Assembly (NCBI GenBank): GCA_035526765.1
Contig: DATLBS010000030.1
Location: 191,153-255,152, forward strand
DNA length: 64,000 nt
Reading direction: 5' to 3'
Origin: Thermoplasmatota archaeon
GTDB lineage: Archaea > Thermoplasmatota > E2 > JACPAO01 > JAHFTW01
The notes beneath the pieces were generated by a model, which searched no databases, was not told the DNA's origin, and saw only the letters and a program-made list of their open reading frames with translations. Shown in pieces: positions 33,942-43,842 of this stretch (positions within the stretch are counted from its first letter, which is position 1; every line of letters starts with the position of its first letter). Both the position numbers and the translations under genes were made by a program.

Positions 33942-35312
33942 GTGGATTTCGCGGACCTCGCAGTCGGCCCCGCCCCCCAGTTGCCCCGCTCCGTGCACGA
34001 GGCCCGCCGCAGGGCCCTGGCCGCCAAGCTGGGCGACGGCAACGCCCTCGTCGTCGCGACCCACGCGCCCCACCAGTACAGCAACGACGTCGAGTACCTG
34101 TTCCGGCCGCACAGCGACTTCTGGTACCTCACCGGGTTCGACGAACCGCGCGCCCTGCTCGTCCTGCACGGCGGCTCGGGCGGCACCGACCTGTTCGTGC
34201 AGCCACGCAAGAAGGACGCCGAGATCTGGACGGGCCGCAGGCTGGGCTGCGACCGCGCGCCACGCGCCCTCGGCATCGACCGCGCGCACAGCTGGGACGA
34301 GGTGGCCTCGACCCTGCCAGGCATCCTCGGCAAGGCGAAGGTGCACGCCCTGGCCGACCACGACCCGGCCGTGAAGCGTCGCATCCAGCGCGCCGCCGGC
34401 AAGCGCATGGTCGCGGACCCTCTTGACGGGCGCCCCGGAGGCCCCGCCAGGAAGGCCGGGAAGCGCAAGGGGCCGCCGCACGGCAGCACGCTCCTCCACG
34501 AGATGCGGCTCGTCAAGTCGCCGGAGGAGATGCGGATGCTCCGGAAGGCGTGCGACCTCGGCGTCGCCGGCCACCTCGAGGCGGCAACCCGCATCCGGGC
34601 CGGCGTGCCCGAGTACCAGGTCGAGGCCGCCTTCGCGCACCACGCCCGCCACAACGGCTCCAACGGCGTCGGGTACCCCTCCATCTGCGGCTGCGGCCCC
34701 AACGCCGCCATCCTGCACTACGTCACCAACCGCGGAACGCTGCGCAAGGGCCAGCTCTTCCTCGCCGACATGGGATGCGAGTGGGGCTGGTACACTTCCG
34801 ACATCACGCGGACCCTGCCGGTGGGCGGGGAGTTCTCGACCCGCCAGGCGGAGGTCTACGACCTCGTGCACGCGGCCCAGAAGGCGGCCATGCGGAAGGT
34901 CAAGCCCGGCGCGCTCTTCAGCGACGTCCACGACAAGGCGGCCCTCGTGATCAACGACGGCCTCGTGGACCTGGGCCTCATCGCCATGGACAAGGAGCGC
35001 TCCATGAAGGAGAAGGCGTTCCGCGCGTTCTTCATGCACGGCACCAGCCACTGGCTGGGCCTCGACGTCCACGACGCGGGGGCCCGCACGGAGCCGGACG
35101 GGAAGCCCCGCCGCCTCCGGGAAGGCATGGTCCTCACGGTCGAGCCTGGCCTCTACTTCAACCCGGATTTCGCGGAATGCCCGCCCGGCACCGCCGGCAT
35201 CGGCATCCGCATCGAGGACGACGTCGCGGTGACGGCGGACGGCTTCAGCAACCTGACGCGCGCCCTCCCCGCGGAGATGGATGCCGTGGCGGGCCTCGTC
35301 TCGCGCGCCTGA
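33942..35312 (+). CDS. pepP: Xaa-Pro aminopeptidase (PepP, M24B)
   Basis: N-terminal creatinase-like domain plus M24 pita-bread core. …HGTSHWLGLDVHD…GMVLTVEPGLY… metal ligand motifs. GTG start. Confidence 0.85.
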   Translation: MDFADLAVGPAPQLPRSVHEARRRALAAKLGDGNALVVATHAPHQYSNDVEYLFRPHSDFWYLTGFDEPRALLVLHGGSGGTDLFVQPRKKDAEIWTGRRLGCDRAPRALGIDRAHSWDEVASTLPGILGKAKVHALADHDPAVKRRIQRAAGKRMVADPLDGRPGGPARKAGKRKGPPHGSTLLHEMRLVKSPEEMRMLRKACDLGVAGHLEAATRIRAGVPEYQVEAAFAHHARHNGSNGVGYPSICGCGPNAAILHYVTNRGTLRKGQLFLADMGCEWGWYTSDITRTLPVGGEFSTRQAEVYDLVHAAQKAAMRKVKPGALFSDVHDKAALVINDGLVDLGLIAMDKERSMKEKAFRAFFMHGTSHWLGLDVHDAGARTEPDGKPRRLREGMVLTVEPGLYFNPDFAECPPGTAGIGIRIEDDVAVTADGFSNLTRALPAEMDAVAGLVSRA

Positions 35313-35320
35313 GGCAGTCC

Positions 35321-35350
35321 CTGCAGGGATTGGGCATGGCTGCCCTGCAG
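35321..35350 (+). terminator. Hairpin CTGCAGGG-(14 nt)-CCCTGCAG, 9 nt after the pepP stop
   Basis: 8-bp perfect inverted repeat. A T-rich stretch follows about 30 nt later. Confidence 0.35.
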
Positions 35351-35421
35351 CGGGGGCGCCCCACCGCTCCACCGTTGCTCTTATCTATCGCCCTTTAGTC
35401 GGCGCGTCCGCCGCAAGGCAT

Positions 35422-35497
35422 GGGCCATTAGCCGAGACAGGTCAATGGCAGCGGACTCTTAATCCGCGATTCATCGGTTCGAATCCGATATGGCCCG
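35422..35497 (+). tRNA. tRNA-Lys (anticodon CUU)
   Basis: Acceptor GGGCCAT/ATGGCCC, D stem GCCG/TGGC, anticodon stem GCGGA/TCCGC with loop CTCTTAA, T arm ATCGG-TTCGAAT-CCGAT, discriminator G. No encoded CCA. Confidence 0.85.
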
Positions 35498-35607
35498 CTC
35501 CTCGTGGGCTTCGCCGCTCGGCGAGGCCCGTCGGATTCTAGCTTCCTCGCGTCCGCTCGGAAGCCGGTCAGCCAGCGGCGCGAATCCCAACCTAGAAGGA
35601 CGGCCCA

Positions 35608-37356
35608 TCAGCAAGCCGAGGTGGGTGTCGCGTTCGGCCAGATGTAGCCGCCGGAGAGGTCCGTCGCCCCGCTGCTGCCGTGGGCACGGAAGTCCACCTT
35701 CTGGCCGTTCAGCACATGGATGCTCTTGGACCACCCGTACGATTGCTTCGCCAGGGGGATCCAGGAGCCGCTGCAGTTGACGCGCGCGTCCACTCCGGCG
35801 ATGGTCTCGGTGCCCGAGACGCTCGCCTGCACCCAGTACTCGTTGCCCTTCACGCCGCTGAAGGTGGCGTCGAAGCCGGTGGGCGGGGGCGGCGGGGGCG
35901 GCGGGGAGCCGCTGGGGACCCAGCTGAACATCGTCAGGTGACCGTAGCGCATGTCGATGTCGAAGGTCGAGGCGATGACCTCCCGCTTGCCGTCACCTGT
36001 GGCGTCCCCCACGATGAGGCGGTACCCGGCCTCGTCGAACGAGGGCGTGTCGCCCATGTCCGTCTTCTGCCATGCCGAGGCGACCTTGCGGACCTGGTAG
36101 ACATGGTGGTCGGCCAGCAGGACGTAGAGTTCCTGGGTGCCGTCGTTGTCCCCGTCGGCCAGGAACAAGTCGTACCCGTAGGTCGGCAGGGACATGACGA
36201 CGCTGGACACCCAGGCGCCATTGATCCTCTTGATGACGACGAGGTCGTAGTCGCTGAGCAAGGCGATCTCGCCGGAGCCTTCGTTGTCCACGTTGCCGGC
36301 CACGACGGCATCCACCGTGCCGGCCCAGACCTCTGTGGCGACCCAGGCGGAACCCGTGTAGTCCACCATGTACACGAACTGGCCTGGCTTCCCGTAGGAG
36401 GCGACGACCAGCTCGTTCTGGCCGTCCGCGTCCGCGTCCCCGCCCCAGATCTCGCCGGGGCTGATGTTGTACGAAGTGTCGGCGTGGAAGCGTGCGAGGG
36501 GCCCCAGGTTCCAGACTCCGTTCGCGAACCACAGCTTGCTGGCGGTCGTATCGACTCCGTCGCTGCCGGTCACGTACAGCTCGCGGGTGCCCGTGCGGTC
36601 GATGTCGCCCAGCATGAAGGGGCCGCTCACGCGGGCGCCCGTCGCGATGACCTTGTCCACCCAGGCGCCGTTGACGCGGGTGAACTGGTGCATCTCCATC
36701 TGGTTGGTCGCCACGTTGTACCCGTTGGCGTACACATCCGGCTTGCCGTCGCGGTCCCCATCGCCCACCGCGATGTTGCTGAATGGCATCGAGGAGGAGA
36801 TGTGCTCGACCTGGGCGTTCGTGAGGCCCACGGTCCAGAACCTGAACAGGCCTTCGCGGCCGACACCGTAGAGCTCGGCCTTGCCGTCGCGGTCCGCGTC
36901 GCCCGTGCCCATGTCATAGATGCCCTCCACGACCGTCGCGAAGGTGCCACCGCTCTGCCAGACGCCCGATGAGGGCGGCGGAGGTGGTGGCGATCCGCCG
37001 CACGACTCGACGCCTTGCGGGTGGCTGAACCAGCAGCTCGAGACCTGCACACCATCCGCCCACGTGGCCCGGAACTTGACGGGGTTGCCGGACTCGATGT
37101 GGAACGAGGCGCTCCACGAGCCGTAGCTGGTCTTCTTCATGGCGACCCAGGGGCCGCCGTAATCCATGGCGTCCACACGTGCCACCGAGGCGGCGCTGGA
37201 GCCGGACAGGACGACCTCCACCCAGTACTCGTTGCCGCCGGGCTTGTGGTCGAAGACGATGGTCTTGCCCCCTTCCGCCTGGACATGGTTGGCCTGCACG
37301 GGGGCCAGCACGAGGACGAAACTGGCCACCACGAGGACGGCAAGGAGGCTCTTCAT
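35608..37356 (-). CDS. Secreted FG-GAP-repeat (7-bladed propeller) protein flanked by two expansin-D2/CBM63-like modules
   Basis: Signal peptide. Seven GD[AG]D[RN]DG…ELY repeats. N- and C-terminal roughly 95-aa GNEYWV…SW…FRA… modules. Poly-Pro linkers (P6, P8). Confidence 0.75.
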   Translation of the reverse strand: MKSLLAVLVVASFVLVLAPVQANHVQAEGGKTIVFDHKPGGNEYWVEVVLSGSSAASVARVDAMDYGGPWVAMKKTSYGSWSASFHIESGNPVKFRATWADGVQVSSCWFSHPQGVESCGGSPPPPPPSSGVWQSGGTFATVVEGIYDMGTGDADRDGKAELYGVGREGLFRFWTVGLTNAQVEHISSSMPFSNIAVGDGDRDGKPDVYANGYNVATNQMEMHQFTRVNGAWVDKVIATGARVSGPFMLGDIDRTGTRELYVTGSDGVDTTASKLWFANGVWNLGPLARFHADTSYNISPGEIWGGDADADGQNELVVASYGKPGQFVYMVDYTGSAWVATEVWAGTVDAVVAGNVDNEGSGEIALLSDYDLVVIKRINGAWVSSVVMSLPTYGYDLFLADGDNDGTQELYVLLADHHVYQVRKVASAWQKTDMGDTPSFDEAGYRLIVGDATGDGKREVIASTFDIDMRYGHLTMFSWVPSGSPPPPPPPPTGFDATFSGVKGNEYWVQASVSGTETIAGVDARVNCSGSWIPLAKQSYGWSKSIHVLNGQKVDFRAHGSSGATDLSGGYIWPNATPTSAC

Positions 37357-37506
37357 GGATGTTCATCGGCCTTCACTCGCCAAAAGGGCGTGAGGACAAT
37401 CATGGTAACGGCCTGGAAACCTCTCTGTTGGGGCCAGGGACGAACTTGGTGGTCTGGACGATGGCGCCCCCACAGCCCTTTTCTACGCTGGAAGGGAGCC
37501 GGCGGC

Positions 37507-38670
37507 GTGGCCCGGCCCCGGTTCCTCCCTGCCGAACGAGCCCTGGTGGCCACGGCCGCGGCCATCGTCTTCACCCGCGTCTTCGCCTTCAGCCTCACGA
37601 CGCTGGGCTTCACCGAGTTCGCGCGGGCCCTGGCCCCCGCCGGCACCCCACCCGCAACGGCGGACCTCCTCGCAGGCATCGCCCTGGGAGCCTATGGCGT
37701 CACCATGGCCCTGGCCCAGCTCGCGACGGGGATCCTCTCCGACCGCATCGGCCGCCGCCCGGTCCTGCTGGTGGGCACGGCGGTCTTCGTCCTGGGGGCC
37801 GTCGCCTGCGCCCTCGCCACGGACCTGCGCGTGCTGGTCGGCGCCCGCCTCCTCATGGGTCTCGGTGGGGTATCGAGCGCCGCGATGGCCGCCGTGGGGG
37901 AGACCGTCCCCGAGGAGCGCCGCACCACCGCGATGGCCCTCGTCGGCATCCCCGCGGGCCTGGGCGTGTTCCTCGGCTTCCTGGTGGGGCCCGCCGTGGC
38001 CGCGTCCTTCGGGTTCCGTTCCCTTTTCTGGGCGACGGCGGCGCTGGGGCTCCTGGCCAGCCTGGCGCTCATGCGCCCCCTGCCTGCGCCTCTGTCCGGC
38101 ATGGCCCAGCCCAACCGGAGCCTGGGGATGCCCGTCACCGCGCTGGCGCTGGCCGGCTTCACCATCAACTTCGCCATGAACGCCGTCATGTTCGACTTCC
38201 AGACCGGCGTCCTTCCCACCCTGGGCCGGGTGGGGCTTGCGGCGTGCCTCGTCGCGGCCCTCCTCATCATGGGCGTGGCCAGCCGCAGGGTCGACCGCTC
38301 GCGCGCCACGTGGATGCCCATCCTCGTGGCCCTCGCCATCGTGGCCGTAGCGGCACCGCTCTTCCGCCTCTCCTCCGCGCTCGCGATGCTGCTTGCGGCA
38401 GGCACCGCGTTCTTCGCGGCCCACGCCATCCTCTCGGCGGTCCTGCCCAGCCAGGTGAGCCGCCTCGCCGGCCGCAGCGGCGGGCTGGGGCATGGCATCC
38501 AGCTGGTCATGGCCTACCTGGGCAGTGCTGCCGGCGCCATCGTCGCCGGCGCCTTCGCGCGCCACCTCGGCGAGGCCTTCGCCGTGCTGGCCGCCTTCGC
38601 CCTGTGCGCGATGCTGCTGGTCGTCGTGGGCCTCAGGCCGGCCACGCGCCTCGGGGAGGTGCCTGCGTGA
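37507..38670 (+). CDS. MFS transporter
   Basis: GILSDRIGRRPVLLVG is MFS motif A. 12 TM helices. GTG start at 37507; alternative ATG at 37402. Confidence 0.75.
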   Translation: MARPRFLPAERALVATAAAIVFTRVFAFSLTTLGFTEFARALAPAGTPPATADLLAGIALGAYGVTMALAQLATGILSDRIGRRPVLLVGTAVFVLGAVACALATDLRVLVGARLLMGLGGVSSAAMAAVGETVPEERRTTAMALVGIPAGLGVFLGFLVGPAVAASFGFRSLFWATAALGLLASLALMRPLPAPLSGMAQPNRSLGMPVTALALAGFTINFAMNAVMFDFQTGVLPTLGRVGLAACLVAALLIMGVASRRVDRSRATWMPILVALAIVAVAAPLFRLSSALAMLLAAGTAFFAAHAILSAVLPSQVSRLAGRSGGLGHGIQLVMAYLGSAAGAIVAGAFARHLGEAFAVLAAFALCAMLLVVVGLRPATRLGEVPA

Positions 38671-38720
38671 CCGCCCGGGCCAACCTTGATAACAAGGGGG
38701 ACCTGGGTGCGACTCCGACC

Positions 38721-39326
38721 ATGGACGCGCGTCTTGTGTGGGTGCGCCGGCTCGGCGTCGTCTCCGTGGCCATGACGTTCATCCTCATGGTGCTGGGCGC
38801 GTGGGTGAAGGCCAACGGGGCGGGGCTCTCCTGCCCCGACTGGCCGGCCTGCTACGGCTCCTACTTCCCCCCGTTCCCCAGCCTCGAGAACGGCGGCACC
38901 TACCATGGCACCCCCGTCGTCTACACGCAGGCGCAGATCCTCTACGAGTGGACCCACCGTGCCGTCGTCGGCCTCATCATCGTCCCGGTCCTTGCCCTTG
39001 CCATCCTCGCGGCCCGCGACCGCCGCTTCACCAAGCCGCTGCGCACCCTTCCTGTCCTTGCCGTCGGCATCTACGTGCTGCAGGCCCTCCTGGGCGCCGT
39101 CACCGTGGTCACCGGGAACCCGCCCTGGGCCACGACGCTCCACCTTGCCACCGCCGTGCTGTGGTTCTTCACCCTGACCCTCGCCGCCTGCCACGCCTTC
39201 CTCAAGCCCTTGCGGCCCGCCGCCATGGTGCGCACGACCCGGCCCGACCCCGAGCCCCAGACGCGCCGCGTGCAGTTCACGTACCCCGAGCCCACCCTCG
39301 ACGCGGACGAGGCCCGGGATGGCTGA
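38721..39326 (+). CDS. ctaA: Heme A synthase, short archaeal type (CtaA/COX15)
   Basis: GLSCPDWPACYG conserved Cys loop after TM1, 4 TM helices, 201 aa. Overlaps ctaB by 8 nt. Confidence 0.75.
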   Translation: MDARLVWVRRLGVVSVAMTFILMVLGAWVKANGAGLSCPDWPACYGSYFPPFPSLENGGTYHGTPVVYTQAQILYEWTHRAVVGLIIVPVLALAILAARDRRFTKPLRTLPVLAVGIYVLQALLGAVTVVTGNPPWATTLHLATAVLWFFTLTLAACHAFLKPLRPAAMVRTTRPDPEPQTRRVQFTYPEPTLDADEARDG

Positions 39327-40290
39327 GGCCGGTACGCTGGTCCCCCCCGTGGAGGTCCAGCAAGGAGTCTCCCTCCAGGCCCCCGCCAGCGGCAGGCGCG
39401 CCTTCGGCGCCGTTGCCAAGGACTACTACGACATCTCGAAGCCCCGCATCCTGTACCTCCTTCTCATCGTGGCATGGAGCGCGATGGCCGTCGCAAGCCG
39501 CGGCTTGCCCCCATGGCGGCCGTTCCTGGCGGTCACCCTTGCCGGCGCCTTCAGCGTCGCAAGCTCCGGCGCCTTCAACCACGTCCTCGAGCGCGGCCGC
39601 GACGCCCGCATGGCCCGCACCGCCACCCGCCCCATCGCCTCCGGCCGCCTCTCCCCCACGGCCGGCCTCGTCTACGGCTTCGTCACCGCGGCCCTCGCCT
39701 ACGCAAGCCTCGCCGTGGCCGGCCTGCAGGTCGCCGCCCTGCTGACGCTCGGCGCCATCGCGTACTACGTGCTGGTCTACACGGTCGTCCTCAAGCCCTC
39801 CACGCCGCAGAACATCGTCATCGGCGGCCTGGCCGGCTCGTTCCCCGCCCTCATCGGCTGGAGTGCAGCCACCGGCGGCCTCGCGTGGCCTGCCAGCCTC
39901 CCCGCGTGGGCCCTCGCGCTGCTGGTGTTCCTGTGGACCCCCGCCCACTTCTGGGCACTGGCCCTGCTGTACAAGGAGGACTACGGCGCCGCCGACTACC
40001 CGATGATGCCCAACGTGCGCGGCGAGGCCAGCACGCGCCGGCAGGTGGTCGCCTACTCCGCCCTCACCGTCGCGTGCTCGACGAGCCTCGTCTTCTCCGG
40101 CAGCGCGGGGTGGGTGTACCTCATGGTCGCTGCCCTCCTCGGCGCCTTGCTGCTGATGCGGTCCGTCCGCATGATGGCCGAGCCGTCGCCGAAGGCATAC
40201 CGCGGCTTCTTCCTCTTCACGATCCAGTACCTCGGCGTCCTGCTGCTGGCCCTCATCGTGGACCAGGCGGCCCGCTTCCCGGTCGCCTAG
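39319..40290 (+). CDS. ctaB: Protoheme IX farnesyltransferase (heme O synthase, UbiA family)
   Basis: UbiA motifs …NHVLERGRDARMARTATRPIASGR… and …WTPAHFWALAL…DY…. 323 aa. Confidence 0.9.
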   Translation: MAEAGTLVPPVEVQQGVSLQAPASGRRAFGAVAKDYYDISKPRILYLLLIVAWSAMAVASRGLPPWRPFLAVTLAGAFSVASSGAFNHVLERGRDARMARTATRPIASGRLSPTAGLVYGFVTAALAYASLAVAGLQVAALLTLGAIAYYVLVYTVVLKPSTPQNIVIGGLAGSFPALIGWSAATGGLAWPASLPAWALALLVFLWTPAHFWALALLYKEDYGAADYPMMPNVRGEASTRRQVVAYSALTVACSTSLVFSGSAGWVYLMVAALLGALLLMRSVRMMAEPSPKAYRGFFLFTIQYLGVLLLALIVDQAARFPVA

Positions 40291-40343
40291 TCCCGGCTGG
40301 TCCGGCAGGTCGGCCTTTTCACCCGGGGCCCCGGTGCCCTGCC

Positions 40344-40922
40344 GTGGCTCCCAGCAAGAAGACCCCCGCACGCCCGCCACGCAAAGGGGCAGCCAAGCGC
40401 GCATCGCCCGCCGCGAAGGCGGCAGCACGCCGCACGGCCCCGCGCAAGGCTGCCTCGCGCCGCGCCCCGGCCCCCCGTCCCGCCATCGGGTCGGGGACTT
40501 CTGCCAAGGGGCAGGAGGTCCGTCTGGTCGTGGCGCGCAGCCTCGTCGCGCAGGGCCGCATCCAGCTTGCCGTGGAGGCGCCTCCCCGCATCCGGCTCCC
40601 CTTCGGCGCGCTTCTGCTGGTCCGGCACGCGTACGCCCTGCAGGAGGCCTCCCCGGACCGCGAGTCCTACACCTTCACGCTGCACGCCGGCATCGAGGGG
40701 CACGAGAAGGAGAGGCTGGTGGAGCGCATCAGCGACCGCATGGGCGTCGACGACGACCTGGAGGGCTTCATCCAGCACCGGTTCCGCCCACGGGCCCCTG
40801 GCACCTACCACCTCGACTTCGACGTGGAGGCCGAGTACGTCGTGGGCCCCTGGGGGTCCCGCAAGGTCCAGCAACAGGACCGCCGCGTCGGCGCGGGGCG
40901 CGTCACGGTCGTCGTGGGATGA
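40344..40922 (+). CDS. Hypothetical protein with a histone-H1-like Lys/Ala/Pro-rich N-terminal tail and a roughly 130-aa C-terminal domain
   Basis: GTG start. Tail APSKKTPARPPRKGAAKRASPAAKAAARRTAPRKAASRRAPAPRP, then a globular domain of normal composition. Confidence 0.45.
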   Translation: MAPSKKTPARPPRKGAAKRASPAAKAAARRTAPRKAASRRAPAPRPAIGSGTSAKGQEVRLVVARSLVAQGRIQLAVEAPPRIRLPFGALLLVRHAYALQEASPDRESYTFTLHAGIEGHEKERLVERISDRMGVDDDLEGFIQHRFRPRAPGTYHLDFDVEAEYVVGPWGSRKVQQQDRRVGAGRVTVVVG

Positions 40923-42189
40923 GGCGCGGCAGCCTCGCCTCGCGCCCCACGAACTGCGCCTCGTAGCCCGTTGCGATGCTGGCGATCTCGCCCAGCACCC
41001 GGTAGACGTGCGCCGAGCAGGGGTCGAGCACGACCTCGCCCGCCGACGCCGCGCCCTGCTCGGGGAACGCCAGGGGCTCGAACCGGCTTCCCGGCGAGTT
41101 GAGGTTGTCCGCGTCGCCCTTGTCCGCGTGGGCGCGGTAGAAGCCCCCCACCGTGCGGCTGCACACCATGTAGATGACGGGCTCCGCCACGATCCCGGCG
41201 CCACCGCGGATGTCGGTGGGCACGCCTTCCTGCACGATGACGGACGTCGTCTTCACGCGGCCCTTGCCGCGGTCCATCTGCTCCCGGCCGCGCGAGTTGA
41301 GCCCCTCGATGAGGTCGGCACCGGAACGGGCGGTCGTGATGGCCATGCCATAGGTGCCCGCGTCCGCCTTCACGAACACGGAGGGGGCGCGGCGGATGCC
41401 GTGGGCGTCGTACTTGGCCTGCACCCGGCCGATGACGGTGTCCACGGCGGCGGCCAGGACGTCCAGGTTCCCCTTCCCCTTGAAGTCGAGGCCGTCCACG
41501 CGCTCGAAGTCGGCGCTGATGAGCCACGGATCGAAGCCGACCTTGGCGCCCAGCTGTGCCGCCATCTGGGCGACGACGGCGAAGTGCTCCGACTTGCGGC
41601 GGCGGTGCCACCCCATGGCGGGCGGCGGCGTCACGGAAGCTCCCAGTCCCTGCAGCTCCGGCGGGATGCCCTCGGAGAGGTCGTTGTTCAGGACGACGAG
41701 GTCCGCGGGCCTGCCATCTGCCCACAGGCGGTCGCCCTCGCGGCGGATGCGGTGCAGGCGCACGCGCCCGGCGGGGCTGGGCATCTCGGCGCCGTCCATG
41801 ACCTCGGGGCTGAGGGTCCCGAGCGTGACGCCGTAGCCCGCCTCCTGCAGGATGTCCCTGAGGACGGCAAGGTGCGCGAAGTATCCCTGGTTGCGGGTGT
41901 GGCTCTCGGCGACGACGAGGACATGGCGGGCCCCTGGGTCCATGCGGCCAAGGTACCCGCGGGCGACGTCGGCGGCGACGTGGCGGCTGCGCGGCGCGAG
42001 GTTGTTGAAGCCGGCGGGGAAGGCGTTGGCGTCCACGACGGCGGCCTTGTTGGCGTTGCGGCGGATGTCGACGCTCGTGTAGATGGGGCAGCGCACGTGG
42101 TCGCGGTGGAAGGCCAGGAAGCTCTCGACGTGGTCGGCGCGCCGCACCAGCACCTGGTCCAGCTCGTTGAGGTCGTCGCACTCCTGCAT
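40903..42189 (-). CDS. ATP-grasp-type carboxylate-amine ligase, possibly a glutamate-cysteine ligase of the rare A. ferrooxidans GshA type, or GshB-like
   Basis: 428 aa. …SVFVKADAGTYGMAIT… resembles the GshB ATP-grasp motif (ILKPLDGMGGASIF). N-terminal CPIYTSVDIRRNANKAAVVDANAFPAGFNNL motif. The ATG overlaps the asnB stop (TGATG). Confidence 0.5.
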   Translation of the reverse strand: MQECDDLNELDQVLVRRADHVESFLAFHRDHVRCPIYTSVDIRRNANKAAVVDANAFPAGFNNLAPRSRHVAADVARGYLGRMDPGARHVLVVAESHTRNQGYFAHLAVLRDILQEAGYGVTLGTLSPEVMDGAEMPSPAGRVRLHRIRREGDRLWADGRPADLVVLNNDLSEGIPPELQGLGASVTPPPAMGWHRRRKSEHFAVVAQMAAQLGAKVGFDPWLISADFERVDGLDFKGKGNLDVLAAAVDTVIGRVQAKYDAHGIRRAPSVFVKADAGTYGMAITTARSGADLIEGLNSRGREQMDRGKGRVKTTSVIVQEGVPTDIRGGAGIVAEPVIYMVCSRTVGGFYRAHADKGDADNLNSPGSRFEPLAFPEQGAASAGEVVLDPCSAHVYRVLGEIASIATGYEAQFVGREARLPRLIPRRP

Positions 42190-43832
42190 CACGCGAGTGC
42201 CTCCAGGGAGATCGACTCCGGCCTCGCGCCGTGCACGAAGAGCTCCTGCCACAGCCCGAACAGGAGCCGGTCCGCGTCGCTGGCCAGGGCGCCGGCCGGG
42301 TGGTGCAGGCCGCCCGTGGGCCGCAGCCGGGCGGCCTGTGACTCGAACGCCTGCATGACGCGGGGCCCCGTCGCGCGGCCGGCGGGCACCTTCTTCCGCC
42401 AGGCAAGCTCCTTGGGGAGGGCCGGCTCGACGGCGCGCCGCAGCACCCATTTCTCGATGCCTTCGCGGACCTTCAGGTCCCAGGGCGTGGCGTCGCTGAG
42501 GGCCTGCTGCGGCCGGCTGAGGAAGGGGACGCGGACCTCGAGGCCGTGCGCCATGCTGTTGCGGTCGACGAGGCGGAGCTGGAAGTTGGCCAGCTGCGCG
42601 CCCTGGTCCCACTTGGCCAGCTCCGCGGCGGTGGCGTGCTCGCGCAGGATCGTGTCCGGCAGGGTGGTGTCGGCGGGGTGCGCGACGCGCAGGCGGCGCA
42701 TGCGCTCGGCGGCCAGGGCGTGGGGGTCGCGGTAGCGCCCGTAGCCGCCCCACAGCTCGTCGGCGCCCTGCCCGCACAGGCCCACGGTGACGTGGCGCCG
42801 CATCATGCGGAAGAGCGGGTAGAAGAAGTACTCCGTGTAGTTCACGTTCTCGTTGTGCCACGCGTGCCGGGGAAGGTCCCGCAGGAGGTCCTCGAGGCTG
42901 AACGTGGCCTCGTGGTGGTCGGTGCCCAGGTGGTCGGCCAGCCTGCGCGCGGCCTTGGCGTCCTCGACCTCGTCGGACTCCGCGATGGTGAACGTGGAGA
43001 TGGGGCGGTCGGACATGCCCTGGTGGAGGGCCGCGACGGCCGCGGAGTCCAGTCCGCCTGACAGGATCACGCCGAGGGGGACCTCCGACATCAGCTGCTC
43101 GCGCACGGATCCGGCGAGCCGGTCGCGCAGCGCCTTGACGGCCTCCTCGGGGGGAAGGGGCTGCTCGGGGGCCAGGAGGACGTAGGGCCGCGGCTGCACG
43201 TGCCTTGCCCCGGGCTTGACCAAGGCCCAGGTGCTGGGCGGCAGCTGGTTGACTCCCTGGAAGAGGGTGCGGGTCCCGGTGAGGAACTCGAACACCGCCT
43301 GCTCCCGGAACGCGTCGAGGTCGGCGCGGGGCGGGCGCGCGTCATGGGCGAAGAGGGCCTTGGCCTCGCTGGCGAACACGAGGTCGTCGCCGGCGAAGGC
43401 GTAGTGGAGGGGCTTGATGCCCCAGGGGTCGCGCGCCAGGAACAGCTCACGCTTCTGGCCGTCCCACAGCGCGAAGGCGAACATGCCCTCCAGGCGGGTG
43501 AGCACCTCCGCTCCCCAGAGGCGGTAGCCCTCCAGGATCACCTCGGTGTCGCTGCGGGTGCGGAACGTGGCCCCCGCGGCCTCGAGTTCGGCCCGGAGGG
43601 CGAGGTGGTTGTAGACCTCGCCGTTGTACGTGATGGTGAACCGGCCGGAGGCGTCGGCCATGGGCTGCTGGCCGGTGGCGACGTCGATGATGGCGAGGCG
43701 GCGGTGGCCGAGCGTCACCTGCGCGTCCGACCAGGTGCCGGACCCATCGGGACCGCGGTGCGCGATGCGGTCGCACATCCGCGTCACCAGGGCGCGGTCG
43801 TCACGCCCCAGCAGGCCCGCGATGCCGCACAA
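42189..43832 (-). CDS. asnB: Asparagine synthetase (glutamine-hydrolysing) family amidotransferase
   Basis: Class-II GATase N-terminus (M)CGIAGLLGRDD… then the PP-loop SGGLDS. TTG start at 43832, placed so that the catalytic Cys is residue 2. Confidence 0.85.
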   Translation of the reverse strand: MCGIAGLLGRDDRALVTRMCDRIAHRGPDGSGTWSDAQVTLGHRRLAIIDVATGQQPMADASGRFTITYNGEVYNHLALRAELEAAGATFRTRSDTEVILEGYRLWGAEVLTRLEGMFAFALWDGQKRELFLARDPWGIKPLHYAFAGDDLVFASEAKALFAHDARPPRADLDAFREQAVFEFLTGTRTLFQGVNQLPPSTWALVKPGARHVQPRPYVLLAPEQPLPPEEAVKALRDRLAGSVREQLMSEVPLGVILSGGLDSAAVAALHQGMSDRPISTFTIAESDEVEDAKAARRLADHLGTDHHEATFSLEDLLRDLPRHAWHNENVNYTEYFFYPLFRMMRRHVTVGLCGQGADELWGGYGRYRDPHALAAERMRRLRVAHPADTTLPDTILREHATAAELAKWDQGAQLANFQLRLVDRNSMAHGLEVRVPFLSRPQQALSDATPWDLKVREGIEKWVLRRAVEPALPKELAWRKKVPAGRATGPRVMQAFESQAARLRPTGGLHHPAGALASDADRLLFGLWQELFVHGARPESISLEALA

Positions 43833-43842
43833 GTTCAGGCCC

